Assembly (NCBI GenBank): GCA_045805065.1
Contig: JBJMMA010000064.1
Span: 1-27,981, forward strand
DNA: 27,981 nt
From: Bdellovibrionia bacterium
GTDB lineage: Bacteria > Bdellovibrionota > UBA1018
Reading direction: 5' to 3'
The position numbers and the translations under genes are program-made. Below, in pieces: positions 7,150 through 16,817 of the stretch. Position 1 is the first letter of the stretch. Every line of letters starts with the position of its first letter. The notes beneath the pieces are model-generated. The model saw only the letters and a program-made list of their open reading frames with translations. It did not search any database and was not told the origin of the DNA.

Positions 7150-8036
7150 TGGACCACCTTCAGGAACTCAGCAGGATTTACTTTCACCTTATTAATGATC
7201 ACGCCCCAGTGAAGATGAGGACCGTTTGCCCGACCCGTCATTCCTGAAAGACCGAGAAGCTGGCCTGCATCCACATGCTGGCCATTCTTCACCTCAAGCT
7301 TGCTCATGTGAGCGTACAAAGTCACGACTCCATAACCATGATCAATGAGCACGGTGTTGCCTGTGAAGAAAAGGCTCTTCGCAAGAACCACAACACCAGG
7401 ACCTGCCGCATGAATCGGCGTGCCCGTCGGTGCTTTCAGATCCAAGCCATTATGAAAGCTTTGCATCTGCCCATTGAAAACGCGCTTCGTACCATAAACG
7501 CTCGTGACCGAGCTGTTGACCGGAAGAACAAACGGGCCCTTCCAATATCTTTGCTTGGTGATGTTGGAATAGATCTTTCCGACTTCGGCGATATCGCTCT
7601 TGATCTGCTCGAGATCTTTTTTCTTCGGATTGACGTGACGCTTGCTGACTTTCAGAGTCTCGGATGGATACTTGGCATCTGTGATCTTGATCGGCAATGA
7701 GCGCAGAGCGCCCTTCACAAAAACCTTGATCTCAGCAGGTCCTGGTTTGTGGTTATGGGGAACACCTACGATCGCTTCATATGTCCCCTCGCCTTTTTCA
7801 GGCGCAGGGAAGAACCAGAACTTCGTCTCTTCAAACTCACCGGTCACTTCGTCGGAATCGGCGAGCATGCCCTTAGGGACATGAAGATCCACGCGAAGAA
7901 CCGATCCATCGATCACGTCCGTTGCGGAGAGATCTGCTTTGAACTCAGAATCTGCAGCATGAGCATAAGGCACTGCTGTCAGCAATGCGGCGGCGCAAAT
8001 AACCCTAAATAACTTGAACGGGGCAATCTCCATCAT
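7146..8036 (-). CDS. M23-family peptidoglycan endopeptidase, zinc ligands intact
   Basis: Signal peptide; HNGLD (HxxxD), GNTVLIDHGYG, YAHM, GPHLHW (HxH). Confidence 0.92.
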   Translation of the reverse strand: MMEIAPFKLFRVICAAALLTAVPYAHAADSEFKADLSATDVIDGSVLRVDLHVPKGMLADSDEVTGEFEETKFWFFPAPEKGEGTYEAIVGVPHNHKPGPAEIKVFVKGALRSLPIKITDAKYPSETLKVSKRHVNPKKKDLEQIKSDIAEVGKIYSNITKQRYWKGPFVLPVNSSVTSVYGTKRVFNGQMQSFHNGLDLKAPTGTPIHAAGPGVVVLAKSLFFTGNTVLIDHGYGVVTLYAHMSKLEVKNGQHVDAGQLLGLSGMTGRANGPHLHWGVIINKVKVNPAEFLKVVQ

Positions 8037-9297
8037 GGAACGTGATCCTCAACTTCTGTCCCTCTTGGACCTGAGATGCACTTCGGATGACGGAGTTCTC
8101 ATCTGTTTTGACGATGGAATAACCGCGCTCCAAAACCCGTAGCGGGGACAAAGCATCCAGTTTACCCATCCATTGTTCCATGAAAGCATGCCTGCGCTCA
8201 AGTCGTGATCGCATGGCGCGCTCAAGTCGCATAAAAAGATCATCACAGCGTTGAGCCTGCTCCCGAAGTTTATCGCGAGGGCTCACAACACGGGCCGAGA
8301 CATGCTCAAGCAGGCGACGGCGCATGGTCAGGTCTCGGGCAATGGCAGCGCTGAGACGCATCTGAGCGTCTCTCAAGCGCGCGCTCACATCGACCCAGTT
8401 CCCGCTGACGATTTCAGCGGCTGCCGATGGTGTCGGTGCCCGAAGGTCTGAGACAAAATCTGAGATCGTGAAATCGATTTCATGCCCCACGGCCGAGATC
8501 ACAGGAATTTTGGATGCGGCAATCGTACGAGCGAGTGCTTCATCATTAAAGCACCAGAGGTCTTCCATGCTCCCGCCACCACGAGCAAGAACCACCACAT
8601 CGCCTAGATTATGGCGATTGGCGATCTCAAGCCCCCGAATGAGTTGCGCGGGAGCCGCATCGCCTTGAACAATCGCAGGAATCACCAAAACTTGAAGATG
8701 AGGCGCGCGACGTCTCAGGATGTTGAGCATATCCTGGATCGCAGCTCCGGAGGGTGACGTGATCACGGCAATCCGGCGAGGAAAGGCAGGAAGCTCTCTT
8801 TTACGACGTGGATCAAAAAGACCTTCGGCAGCAAGCTTGTTCTTGAGTTGCTCAAAAGCAATCTGAAGCGCACCTGCTCCCAGGGGCTCAATCTGATCAA
8901 CGACCAGCTGATAAGTTCCGCGAGGGGGATAAACCGAAAGTTTTCCGCGGCAAAGAACCTGAAGCCCGTCTTTCAATTCAAAAGGGCGGCGCGTTTTACC
9001 CCAGCCAAAAACGGCTGCCGAGATACATGCGCCTTCATCCTTCAGAGAAAAATAAACATGCCCAGAAGCCGCAGGTCTGAGATTGCTCAACTCCCCTTGG
9101 ACCCAGACCTGACGAAACGAAGGCTCAAGAATTCCGCGAATTTGATGCGTCAGCTCCGTTACGGTCCAATGCTTCGGAGGCTCTGGAATGGCAGGAGTAT
9201 CTGGAGCGTGAGAGAAAAGCGGGAGATCCGCAAGACCCACGCCTTCACCATCCATATTCGAAGACTTACCGGATGATGACTTGCGTGAACTGCGCAT
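8005..9297 (-). CDS. xseA: Exodeoxyribonuclease VII large subunit
   Basis: VWVQGELSN, SGHVYFSLKD, ITSPSGAAIQD, ARGGGSMEDLWCFN, SAVGHEIDFTISDFVSDLRAPTPSAAAE, LSPLRVLERGYS. Confidence 0.97.
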   Translation of the reverse strand: MRSSRKSSSGKSSNMDGEGVGLADLPLFSHAPDTPAIPEPPKHWTVTELTHQIRGILEPSFRQVWVQGELSNLRPAASGHVYFSLKDEGACISAAVFGWGKTRRPFELKDGLQVLCRGKLSVYPPRGTYQLVVDQIEPLGAGALQIAFEQLKNKLAAEGLFDPRRKRELPAFPRRIAVITSPSGAAIQDMLNILRRRAPHLQVLVIPAIVQGDAAPAQLIRGLEIANRHNLGDVVVLARGGGSMEDLWCFNDEALARTIAASKIPVISAVGHEIDFTISDFVSDLRAPTPSAAAEIVSGNWVDVSARLRDAQMRLSAAIARDLTMRRRLLEHVSARVVSPRDKLREQAQRCDDLFMRLERAMRSRLERRHAFMEQWMGKLDALSPLRVLERGYSIVKTDENSVIRSASQVQEGQKLRITFHDGDCPVQVI

Positions 9298-9309
9298 AAA
9301 AGTGTCTCG

Positions 9310-10803
9310 TTATTGGGCCGTGGTCACCGAAGAGACTTTCGTCGGAGCCGGCGTTACCGACAACTTACGGAAAACATCGTAAGACTTCAAGTAATTCAAA
9401 GCCTCACGGACCTGGTAGTCTTCCCGAGCGTTCATCTTAAGCGGCGTCATCTCGTCTTCAGCCAAAGTATCTTTGGATTCTTTGCCGTCTGACGCGCTTG
9501 TGTCCTTCGCTTTCTTAGTAGGCTTACCTAAATACTCAAGTTCTTCTTTCTTGAACTCATCGTGAGTACTTTGAGTACTTTGCGAATTTTTTGTTTCAGC
9601 ATCCGTGTTGATCATATGGCCTTTGAGATCACGCTCACGGAAGGCATCCGTCTTCAGACGGGCTTGAGCAAGAAGCTTGGAATCAAACTCATCGAGCACG
9701 ATATCAGGCTGAACGCCTTTTTCCTGAATGCTTCTGCCGCTTGGCGTGTAGTAGCGAGCAATCGTGAGCTTCAGACCTAGATCATTTCCAAGATTGATGA
9801 GCGATTGAACCGAACCCTTACCAAAGGTGGATTGTCCCATGATGATCGCACGATGATGATCTTGAAGGGCGCCGGAGACAATTTCGGCAGCCGATGCCGT
9901 GCTGGAGTTCACAAGAACCGCGACTGGGAAATCCTTGTTGGCCATTCCCTTATGAGCGTACTTCACTTCCTTCTGATCCCGGTTGCGACCGATCGTTGAA
10001 ACGATCACGCCGTCATCGATGAAAAGAGAGGAGACTTCCACGGCCTGATCCAGAAGACCGCCCGGATTGTAACGAAGATCAAACACGAGGCCACGAAGCT
10101 TGTTCTTGGATTGAAGCTTGGCGATCGCCTTCTTCATGTCAGCGCCCGCGCTTTCAGTGAAGCTGCTCAAGCGAACATAACCATAACCTGGTTCAAGCTC
10201 ATCGCTCTTCACAGCGGCAAGCTTGATGATATCGCGCTTCACGCTGATCTCGCGGATCTTCTCAAACCCTTCGCGATAGATTCCAAGCTTCACGGCTGAG
10301 CCTTTATCGCCGCGCATTTTGGCAACGGCTTCAACGAGAGTCATCCCCTTGGTGCTCTCACCGTTGATCTTCACGATGCGATCGTTGGGTTTGAGGCCTG
10401 CTTTCCAGGCCGGCGTGTCCTCGATCGGAGAGACCACCGTGAGAACGTTATCCTTCATGCCGATCTCAAGTCCAAGGCCTCCGAACTTTCCGCTCGTCTC
10501 GGTCTGCATCTCCTTGAAGACATCCGGAGTCATGAAATTGGAGTGAGGGTCCAGCGTCTCCAGCATTCCTTTGATCGCGCCGTAGACGAGATCCTTGTTC
10601 TTCACCGGATCAACGTAGTTTGCTTCAATGTAATGAAGCACGCTTTGGAAAAGCTCCAGGTTCTTGTAGCGCTCAGCTTGAGCGGCCTGCTCTTTCGCAG
10701 CCTCTTTGGCCAATTCCTTATCGGAGGCCGAGTACGCCAGGTTTGAAAACGAGACGGACAGGACAATCGCGCTCAGCGCGGCAAGAGGACGAATTGAGAT
10801 CAT
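9310..10803 (-). CDS. ctpA: S41A carboxy-terminal processing protease (PDZ + peptidase)
   Basis: LDPHS, FGGLGLEI, DLRYNPGGLL, TASAAEIVSGALQD, TFGKGSVQ, ARYYTPSGRSIQ. Start taken at 10803 (AAGGA upstream, signal peptide follows) rather than 10845. Confidence 0.95.
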   Translation of the reverse strand: MISIRPLAALSAIVLSVSFSNLAYSASDKELAKEAAKEQAAQAERYKNLELFQSVLHYIEANYVDPVKNKDLVYGAIKGMLETLDPHSNFMTPDVFKEMQTETSGKFGGLGLEIGMKDNVLTVVSPIEDTPAWKAGLKPNDRIVKINGESTKGMTLVEAVAKMRGDKGSAVKLGIYREGFEKIREISVKRDIIKLAAVKSDELEPGYGYVRLSSFTESAGADMKKAIAKLQSKNKLRGLVFDLRYNPGGLLDQAVEVSSLFIDDGVIVSTIGRNRDQKEVKYAHKGMANKDFPVAVLVNSSTASAAEIVSGALQDHHRAIIMGQSTFGKGSVQSLINLGNDLGLKLTIARYYTPSGRSIQEKGVQPDIVLDEFDSKLLAQARLKTDAFRERDLKGHMINTDAETKNSQSTQSTHDEFKKEELEYLGKPTKKAKDTSASDGKESKDTLAEDEMTPLKMNAREDYQVREALNYLKSYDVFRKLSVTPAPTKVSSVTTAQ

Positions 10804-10816
10804 GAGTGAAGATTCC

Positions 10817-12052
10817 TTATCTCTTAAGGCTAAACGAATCAGCAAGCCACTGCAACGGATTCACTGGGACGTTGCGGGCGCGGATCTCAAAATAAACAAC
10901 GCCTGTTTCATCCGTCAAACCGATGGCATCGCCGGCTGCCACGGGATCGCCTGGCTTCTTGCTGAGCTCACCCAGGTGCGCGCAAAGAGAATAGAACTGA
11001 TGTCCATGATCGATGATGGCAACACGTCCATACTCAGGAAGCTCGCCTGAGTATGCGACCTTTCCTGGAAAAATCGCCTGAACAGGCTGGCCTTTATAGG
11101 ACTGGATGTCGATGCCCTTTTTAAAGATGAAAAGCTTCGACTTCGGATCAAAGGCCCTGCCAAAGGCCGTCATGATCTTTCCACCCACGACAGGAAGCCC
11201 GAGCTGTCCTTTGAGCTTTGCAAACTCACCGCGATACATCTCACGATTTGCGACGCGCTCGGTTTCGACTGCCTTCTCAAGCTCTTTTCGGGCATTGAAC
11301 TCGCCGATCAAAGTCTCAACCTGAGCCTGCGATTGCTTGAGTCTGTTGTAATTCTCAAGCTGCGCTACGCGCTCCGCATGATTTTTTCTCAGGAGATCGA
11401 CCTGAAGCTGGCGATTGAGCTCCATGACGCTCTCACGCTCGTTGAGGTCCTGGAAAAGATTGGCCAGCTGCTGCTTTTCTTCCTGGATGCGCGTTTCCAG
11501 ATGATCCGCATCCGAGAGATCCGCTTTCAAGACTTCAAGCTCTTTCAAGCTTCGGCTGGTGAGGTTTGCCAGAAGCTTGCGCCTCGGGGCTTCACTGGCT
11601 TCGGTCTCAAGATTAATCGATGCTCCGGTGCTCATGGATGAGCGAGTGGAGCTTTCAATGGCGATCAAAAACCGTTGCACTGACTTTTTCTGGCGCTCGA
11701 CTTTCTCGTTCAGCGTTTCGCGCCGGACTTCAAGCTCGCGAACCGTGCTCTCGAGCTCTTGCATGCGCTTCTGCCCGATGGCGCGCTCTTGTCTTTGGAG
11801 CTGAATCAAAGTCTGAAGTTTCTGGATGTTGGCCTTGGCCTGACTATTGGATCTGATCTGCGTCACCAGGCTATTCTCAAGAACCATGACTTTTTCGCGG
11901 ATCTTGGCCAACTGCTCAACGGATGCGTGAAGCTTGCCGGAATCCTGAGAAGTAGACGGGGCTGATGAATCCATGACCGGAGAAGGCGCAGCGATCGCGT
12001 TCCAGACTGCAGAAGACAGTAGCAATGCGGAAATCCATCCCCTCGCCTGCAT
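10817..12052 (-). CDS. envC: EnvC-like murein hydrolase activator (coiled coil + degenerate M23)
   Basis: Signal peptide, long coiled coil, LytM domain lacking zinc ligands (KKGIDI, VYFEIR); position after ftsEX. Confidence 0.88.
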   Translation of the reverse strand: MQARGWISALLLSSAVWNAIAAPSPVMDSSAPSTSQDSGKLHASVEQLAKIREKVMVLENSLVTQIRSNSQAKANIQKLQTLIQLQRQERAIGQKRMQELESTVRELEVRRETLNEKVERQKKSVQRFLIAIESSTRSSMSTGASINLETEASEAPRRKLLANLTSRSLKELEVLKADLSDADHLETRIQEEKQQLANLFQDLNERESVMELNRQLQVDLLRKNHAERVAQLENYNRLKQSQAQVETLIGEFNARKELEKAVETERVANREMYRGEFAKLKGQLGLPVVGGKIMTAFGRAFDPKSKLFIFKKGIDIQSYKGQPVQAIFPGKVAYSGELPEYGRVAIIDHGHQFYSLCAHLGELSKKPGDPVAAGDAIGLTDETGVVYFEIRARNVPVNPLQWLADSFSLKR

Positions 12053-12056
12053 TCGA

Positions 12057-12938
12057 TTAACTTTCCCTTGAGCCGGATCGGGCCAGGTTTCCGATCATGC
12101 CAGCCATCAGTCCGATGCCAATGCCCAGAACCAAAAGAACAAGACCGTGAAAAGGGTTGGCCGCAGGCATGCTCCTGAGCACAGGAGAAAGATGCTTCAC
12201 TTGCGATGAGAGCCAGATACCAGCCGAGAGCCATCCCGCCATGGCAAGAATGCCGCCGATCGCTCCAACGCAAACGCCTGAAAGAATTCCCGGCAATTGG
12301 AGCTGAAAGCCATCGCCTCCGAGAAGTCTCAGAAGAGATACAGCGTCGCGATGAATGTAAGAGTTGGTGCGAGCCAGGTGAATGAGCCCCGTCAACAACG
12401 CCAGACAAAGACCCGCGGAAAGAACCTTTGCCACCCAGCGAAGCGTGACAAACGCACCGATCACCGAGCGATTGCGATCGCGCGAGCTATCGGCAGACTC
12501 AACGCCAGGAATTGCGCGGATCTTATCGATCGCAGAATCAATCATGAGTCCTGAAATCGAGATGTAACGAGGCACAATGGTGGAAGTCTCAGGACCCAGG
12601 TCCTCAAGCTCACGTCCAAGATCCGGATAAGCTTGCTTGATCTGATCCACGAACTGCTCAGCCTGCACCATCTTGATATCCACGCGCTCAGCATGAGAGC
12701 CCAGTGCGACCTGAATCTGATCCACAATCTTGCTCTCATCAGCAGCAGGGACCTGCGTGTTCACATAGGCTGTAATGACTTGCTCCTGCTCCAGGCGAGC
12801 GAGCACCGGATTCAAGCCTTGTTGGATCCAGAAAAGAAGGCCCGCAAGCAAAAGCAGGAACGCCACGGCAAATGAAGAAAAGAACTGACTATAAGGAGCA
12901 AGCTTCCAGGGCCTGAGCGCGACTTTCAATAAAAGCAT
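12057..12938 (-). CDS. ftsX: FtsX-like cell division permease
   Basis: One TM, large periplasmic loop, then three TMs; LLRLLGG motif; lies between ftsE and envC. Confidence 0.85.
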   Translation of the reverse strand: MLLLKVALRPWKLAPYSQFFSSFAVAFLLLLAGLLFWIQQGLNPVLARLEQEQVITAYVNTQVPAADESKIVDQIQVALGSHAERVDIKMVQAEQFVDQIKQAYPDLGRELEDLGPETSTIVPRYISISGLMIDSAIDKIRAIPGVESADSSRDRNRSVIGAFVTLRWVAKVLSAGLCLALLTGLIHLARTNSYIHRDAVSLLRLLGGDGFQLQLPGILSGVCVGAIGGILAMAGWLSAGIWLSSQVKHLSPVLRSMPAANPFHGLVLLVLGIGIGLMAGMIGNLARSGSRES

Positions 12939-13606
12939 GCTGCCTCCTCAAAGCTGAGATTCCCGTTTTTCAAAACGGCGCAGCGCTTTTTCACCCGACG
13001 CACAAGCTCGCGATCATGGGTTGCCACAACCACGGTGGTACCATTGACGTTCGCGCGCAGGATCAGTTCCATCATCGACCAGGTGTAGTCGCGATCCTGA
13101 GCGCCCGTAGGCTCATCCGCCACGATCAATTCAGGAGATCTTGCAAGAGCGCGCGCAACCGCCACGCGTTGAGCCTCACCGCCTGAGAGCACGCTCGCAG
13201 GCTTGTTTCTTTTTTGAATCAAGCCAAGCTTTTCCAGAATCTCATGAATCCGGTTTCGGTTTTGAGCCGTGTTGATTCGATGACCCGAGGTCGCAAGCGC
13301 AAGCGCCACATTATCAAACACGCTCATGTCATGAATGAGGCGAACCTCTTGTGGCACATAGCCTAAGACCTGGCGAATCGCGCGAAGTGTCGATGGCGAA
13401 GCCGTCGCAAGATCGTATCCAAACATGGAAAGAGTTCCTGAAGTCGGAGCTTCTTCCGTGGCCAGCATCCTGAGTAAGGATGACTTGCCTGCTCCGCTTC
13501 CTCCGATCACATACAAAAACTCGCCCTTCTTGAGCTCAAGTTGTACGCGATCGAGGACTCGATTTCCGCCGTAATAAGTTTTTGAGACCGCATTGAGGTG
13601 AATCAT
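12926..13606 (-). CDS. ftsE: FtsE-like ABC ATPase
   Basis: Walker A GGSGAGKS, LSGGEAQRVAVARAL, ADEPTG, VVATHD; operon context. Confidence 0.9.
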   Translation of the reverse strand: MIHLNAVSKTYYGGNRVLDRVQLELKKGEFLYVIGGSGAGKSSLLRMLATEEAPTSGTLSMFGYDLATASPSTLRAIRQVLGYVPQEVRLIHDMSVFDNVALALATSGHRINTAQNRNRIHEILEKLGLIQKRNKPASVLSGGEAQRVAVARALARSPELIVADEPTGAQDRDYTWSMMELILRANVNGTTVVVATHDRELVRRVKKRCAVLKNGNLSFEEAACFY

Positions 13607-13688
13607 GTTCCTTTGAATCCCAACCCTGATTTAAAGGTAACACACATTTTTCGGTGACGTAGCGCCGGATTTTGGTGAAAATCAGGAA

Positions 13689-14720
13689 GTGCTGAGCATT
13701 GAAGCGCTTCCAAAAGCTGATTCCATCAAAAAATTGACGGCCCGTTTTCCGGGACTTTCTCAATCCATTGCTATTTTAGCTACTTACCTTTGTTGGACGG
13801 CAGTCTTCAAATTCATCAGCCTGACTTTCGTCACTTACTTCGTTCTCTCCTCGGGCAACACGGAGAACTCTCACTTTGAAGACGTGAATGAGGCCCTCAG
13901 CTCAAGCCAGCTTGCTCTGAGCGCGCTCTGCGCGGGCGGCTATGTGCTTCTGCTTCGGGTGTTTCAACCTTTCGCCTACTCCACCAGGAACGGAAGTTAC
14001 GAACTTTTCTCCACTCATAAAGTGGAAACCCGGTTTCTCCCAGGTCTCTTGCATGGTTCTGTTCTTGCCGCAGGCATGACGCTCGCTTTTCTTCTGGGCG
14101 GTGTTTATCGCTATCTCGGTTTTTTTATTCAGGCCGACCAGGCCCCCCTGGCCATGGCTTCGCTTTTGTTTCGCATCTGCTCCATTACAGCCTTCATCTA
14201 TCTGGAAGAGTTCATTTTTAGGCAGCGCATCCTGAAATGCCTGACTCGCCGCGGAGAGCTCGAAGAGACAACCCCATCGAATGAGTTCTGGCATAACATG
14301 GCTGCGGTGGCTTTTACGGCCGCGATGTATGTCGGAGTGAAACTCTATCAATTTGATCTAGGATGGATGCAGGCCTTGACCCTTTATTTCGTGGCACTCG
14401 CCCTGGGCCTTCAGGCGCTTTCAGGAGACTTTGTTCTGGCCGCAGGTTTCTGGGCAGCGGTTCTCATCGTTTTTCAAGCCCTGCTGAGTCTACCGATTTT
14501 TGGGAATGAGTTTTCTGGGCTTATTTTAATCAAGTATCAGTCGCTTGCTCCTGAGGCGGCGACGGAGTTCTGGGCGCCGGAAAGCAATTATGGAGAAACC
14601 CTTCGCTTCATTACAGGTGGTGCGGGTGGACCTTTGGCAAGTCTCGCGTTTCAGCTTTTGATTCTCTTTGATGTCTTAAGAAACGCCGTTCGCTATCGTC
14701 GCCGACTGAGCCCTCCTTAA
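13689..14720 (+). CDS. Polytopic membrane protein, CPBP (Abi/CAAX type II)-like, apparently degenerate
   Basis: Multiple TM segments; LEEFIFRQ matches EExxxR; C-terminal ITGGAGGP resembles the common TGGxxGP tail. Start codon uncertain. Confidence 0.65.
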   Translation: MLSIEALPKADSIKKLTARFPGLSQSIAILATYLCWTAVFKFISLTFVTYFVLSSGNTENSHFEDVNEALSSSQLALSALCAGGYVLLLRVFQPFAYSTRNGSYELFSTHKVETRFLPGLLHGSVLAAGMTLAFLLGGVYRYLGFFIQADQAPLAMASLLFRICSITAFIYLEEFIFRQRILKCLTRRGELEETTPSNEFWHNMAAVAFTAAMYVGVKLYQFDLGWMQALTLYFVALALGLQALSGDFVLAAGFWAAVLIVFQALLSLPIFGNEFSGLILIKYQSLAPEAATEFWAPESNYGETLRFITGGAGGPLASLAFQLLILFDVLRNAVRYRRRLSPP

Positions 14721-14778
14721 GTGCGACAACTGTCAAATTAAGTGTAAGAACGGAAAAAATTTTCGTACACTCGGACGT

Positions 14779-15489
14779 ATGCAATCACCAACTCCAGCTC
14801 AACAAATGGGTTTCTTTGATCTTATCGGCCACTCAGGCCCCATGGCGATGCTCGTCCTTCTGGTGCTTCTGAGCGCATCTCTTTTCTGCTGGGCAATCAT
14901 TTTTGCTAAGTGGACTTCCCTTCGCCGGGTCAATTCGGAGAATGCTTCGTTTCTGGAGATCTTCTGGCACAGCAAGACGATCGACGAGATCATGGACAAG
15001 ACCGAGAGCTTTCAATCTTCTCCCATCGCCATGGTGTTTCGCTCAGGCGTACGTGAGTTGAAGAAGCTCGCAAGCGATGAGCTTGCCAACGCAGGAATCG
15101 AAAAAGTCGAAAACATTCATCGCGCTCTCGTTCGCGCCTCCAACACCGAGATCACAAGTCTTGAGAAGAACGTGGGCTGGCTCGCTACCACCGCAAGCGC
15201 CGCTCCTTTCGTCGGTCTCTTTGGAACGGTCTGGGGGATCATGAACGCCTTCCAGAACATCGGCGCAACCGGTGCTGCAAATCTTGCGGTCGTGGCTCCT
15301 GGTATTTCTGAAGCGCTCATCACGACGGCGTTCGGAATCGGTGCCGCTATTCCTGCCGTTGTTGCTTACAACCATTTCTCAGGTCAGATCCGCCGCGTGT
15401 CGGTGGACATGGAAAGCTTCTCGCAGGATTTCATGAACATCATTCAACGAAGCGTCCTGGCTGGCTCAGGCGTTCGCGCCAAGGAGTAA
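14779..15489 (+). CDS. tolQ: Tol-Pal system protein TolQ
   Basis: LATTASAAPFVGLFGTVWGIMNAF, VAPGISEALITTAFG, AIPAVVAYNHF. Confidence 0.95.
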   Translation: MQSPTPAQQMGFFDLIGHSGPMAMLVLLVLLSASLFCWAIIFAKWTSLRRVNSENASFLEIFWHSKTIDEIMDKTESFQSSPIAMVFRSGVRELKKLASDELANAGIEKVENIHRALVRASNTEITSLEKNVGWLATTASAAPFVGLFGTVWGIMNAFQNIGATGAANLAVVAPGISEALITTAFGIGAAIPAVVAYNHFSGQIRRVSVDMESFSQDFMNIIQRSVLAGSGVRAKE

Positions 15490-15495
15490 TCCGAC

Positions 15496-15942
15496 ATGGG
15501 AATGAGCGTCGGATCTCGTAGTTCTTTAGGTAGCGGTCGTACATCCACTACCACCCTGGCCGAAATCAACGTCACGCCACTGGTTGACGTCATGATGGTG
15601 CTTTTGATCATTTTCATGGTCTCAGCCCCCCTCATGCAACAAGGCGTGCAAGTGGATCTTCCCAAGGCAAACGCAGGATCATTGAGCGAAGTCCCGGAGC
15701 AACTCGTTTTGGTTGTCACCGGCTCGCGCCAGATCCAGATCAATGGAAACACCGTTGCTTCAGGAACTCTTTTCAAGAAGCTTCAGGCAATCCAGGCCGC
15801 TCGCCCGGATGTTCAGGTTTTCATCCAAGCCGATCAGAACGTCCCTTACGGTTTCATTGCTCAAGTCATGGGTGAAGTGAAACAGGCAAAAATCCAACGC
15901 GTTGGACTTGTCACCCAACCGGGTGATACTTCGCACTTATAA
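15496..15942 (+). CDS. tolR: Tol-Pal system protein TolR
   Basis: EINVTPLVDVMMVLLIIFMVSAP, VDLPKA, IQADQNVPYG. Confidence 0.95.
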   Translation: MGMSVGSRSSLGSGRTSTTTLAEINVTPLVDVMMVLLIIFMVSAPLMQQGVQVDLPKANAGSLSEVPEQLVLVVTGSRQIQINGNTVASGTLFKKLQAIQAARPDVQVFIQADQNVPYGFIAQVMGEVKQAKIQRVGLVTQPGDTSHL

Positions 15943-15945
15943 TCC

Positions 15946-16794
15946 ATGGCCTATCCAGCAGCGCCTCAAAGCAAATACGATCGTGATCTGGGCCGGGGCT
16001 TTCGCCTCTCGGTTGGAGCCCATATTGCGCTCGCACTTTTTCTTTTGATCAAAGCGGTCGTTCTGCCTGGAAAACCCGTACCCATGGTTCCGACCTTGCG
16101 CGTGGATGTCGTGGGACTTCCTGATCTCCTCAAGCAGGACCTCAAAAAAGCTCCTGACGCTCGCGCCAACTCGGATGCGATCAATGAAGCCTTGAAACAG
16201 GCCGAAGAATCCGCGAAAAAGATTCAGCCTCCCAAGCCTCTTCCCAAAGTCGCTGAGCCTGTCGAAAAAGCGGAGCCTAACGAGATGGTCTTGAAGCCTA
16301 AGCAGATCCAGACCGCCAAGCGCGAAAAAGAGAAGCCGAAGGAAAAAGAAAAACATCGCGAAAAGAAGCTTATGAGCGCCCTCAATCGGATTCGCGCTCT
16401 GGAAAAGATCAAAGACGACGTCAAGTCTCACAAGCCTGCCACGGCTAACTCGACCCTGATCAAAGGAAACAAGCTTTCCAAGGGATCCAGCCTCAGCGGT
16501 GATGCCATTGAGTCGGATGTCGCCAATTACTTCGACTCCGTCCGCGATCGCCTTCAGAACAACTGGGAGATCCCGATCTGGTTCAAGAACCAGGGCTTCT
16601 CCGCCAAAGTTCAGATCTTCATTGATCGCAGCGGCCGTTTGCGCAACTTCCGTTTCATCAAGCCTTCCGGCAACGCTCAATTTGATGATGCCGTGAAACG
16701 CACGGTCTCTGAAAGCCAGCCTTTCCCTATTCCGCCAGATGACGTAGTCTCCACAGTACTTGTCGACGGCATTCTGGTCGGCTTTCCACTTTAA
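15946..16794 (+). CDS. tolA: TolA/TonB-family energy transducer
   Basis: TM with S-x3-H (SVGAH), Lys/Glu/Pro-rich stalk, C-terminal domain with NW, SGNAQFDDAV, PFPIPP; follows tolQR. Confidence 0.85.
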   Translation: MAYPAAPQSKYDRDLGRGFRLSVGAHIALALFLLIKAVVLPGKPVPMVPTLRVDVVGLPDLLKQDLKKAPDARANSDAINEALKQAEESAKKIQPPKPLPKVAEPVEKAEPNEMVLKPKQIQTAKREKEKPKEKEKHREKKLMSALNRIRALEKIKDDVKSHKPATANSTLIKGNKLSKGSSLSGDAIESDVANYFDSVRDRLQNNWEIPIWFKNQGFSAKVQIFIDRSGRLRNFRFIKPSGNAQFDDAVKRTVSESQPFPIPPDDVVSTVLVDGILVGFPL

Positions 16795-16817
16795 GGCAAA
16801 CTGCTTAAGGCTAATCC

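Noticed and set aside
10817..11200. Missing zinc ligands in the M23 domain as pseudogene or novelty
   Set aside because: A degenerate LytM domain is the normal state of EnvC.
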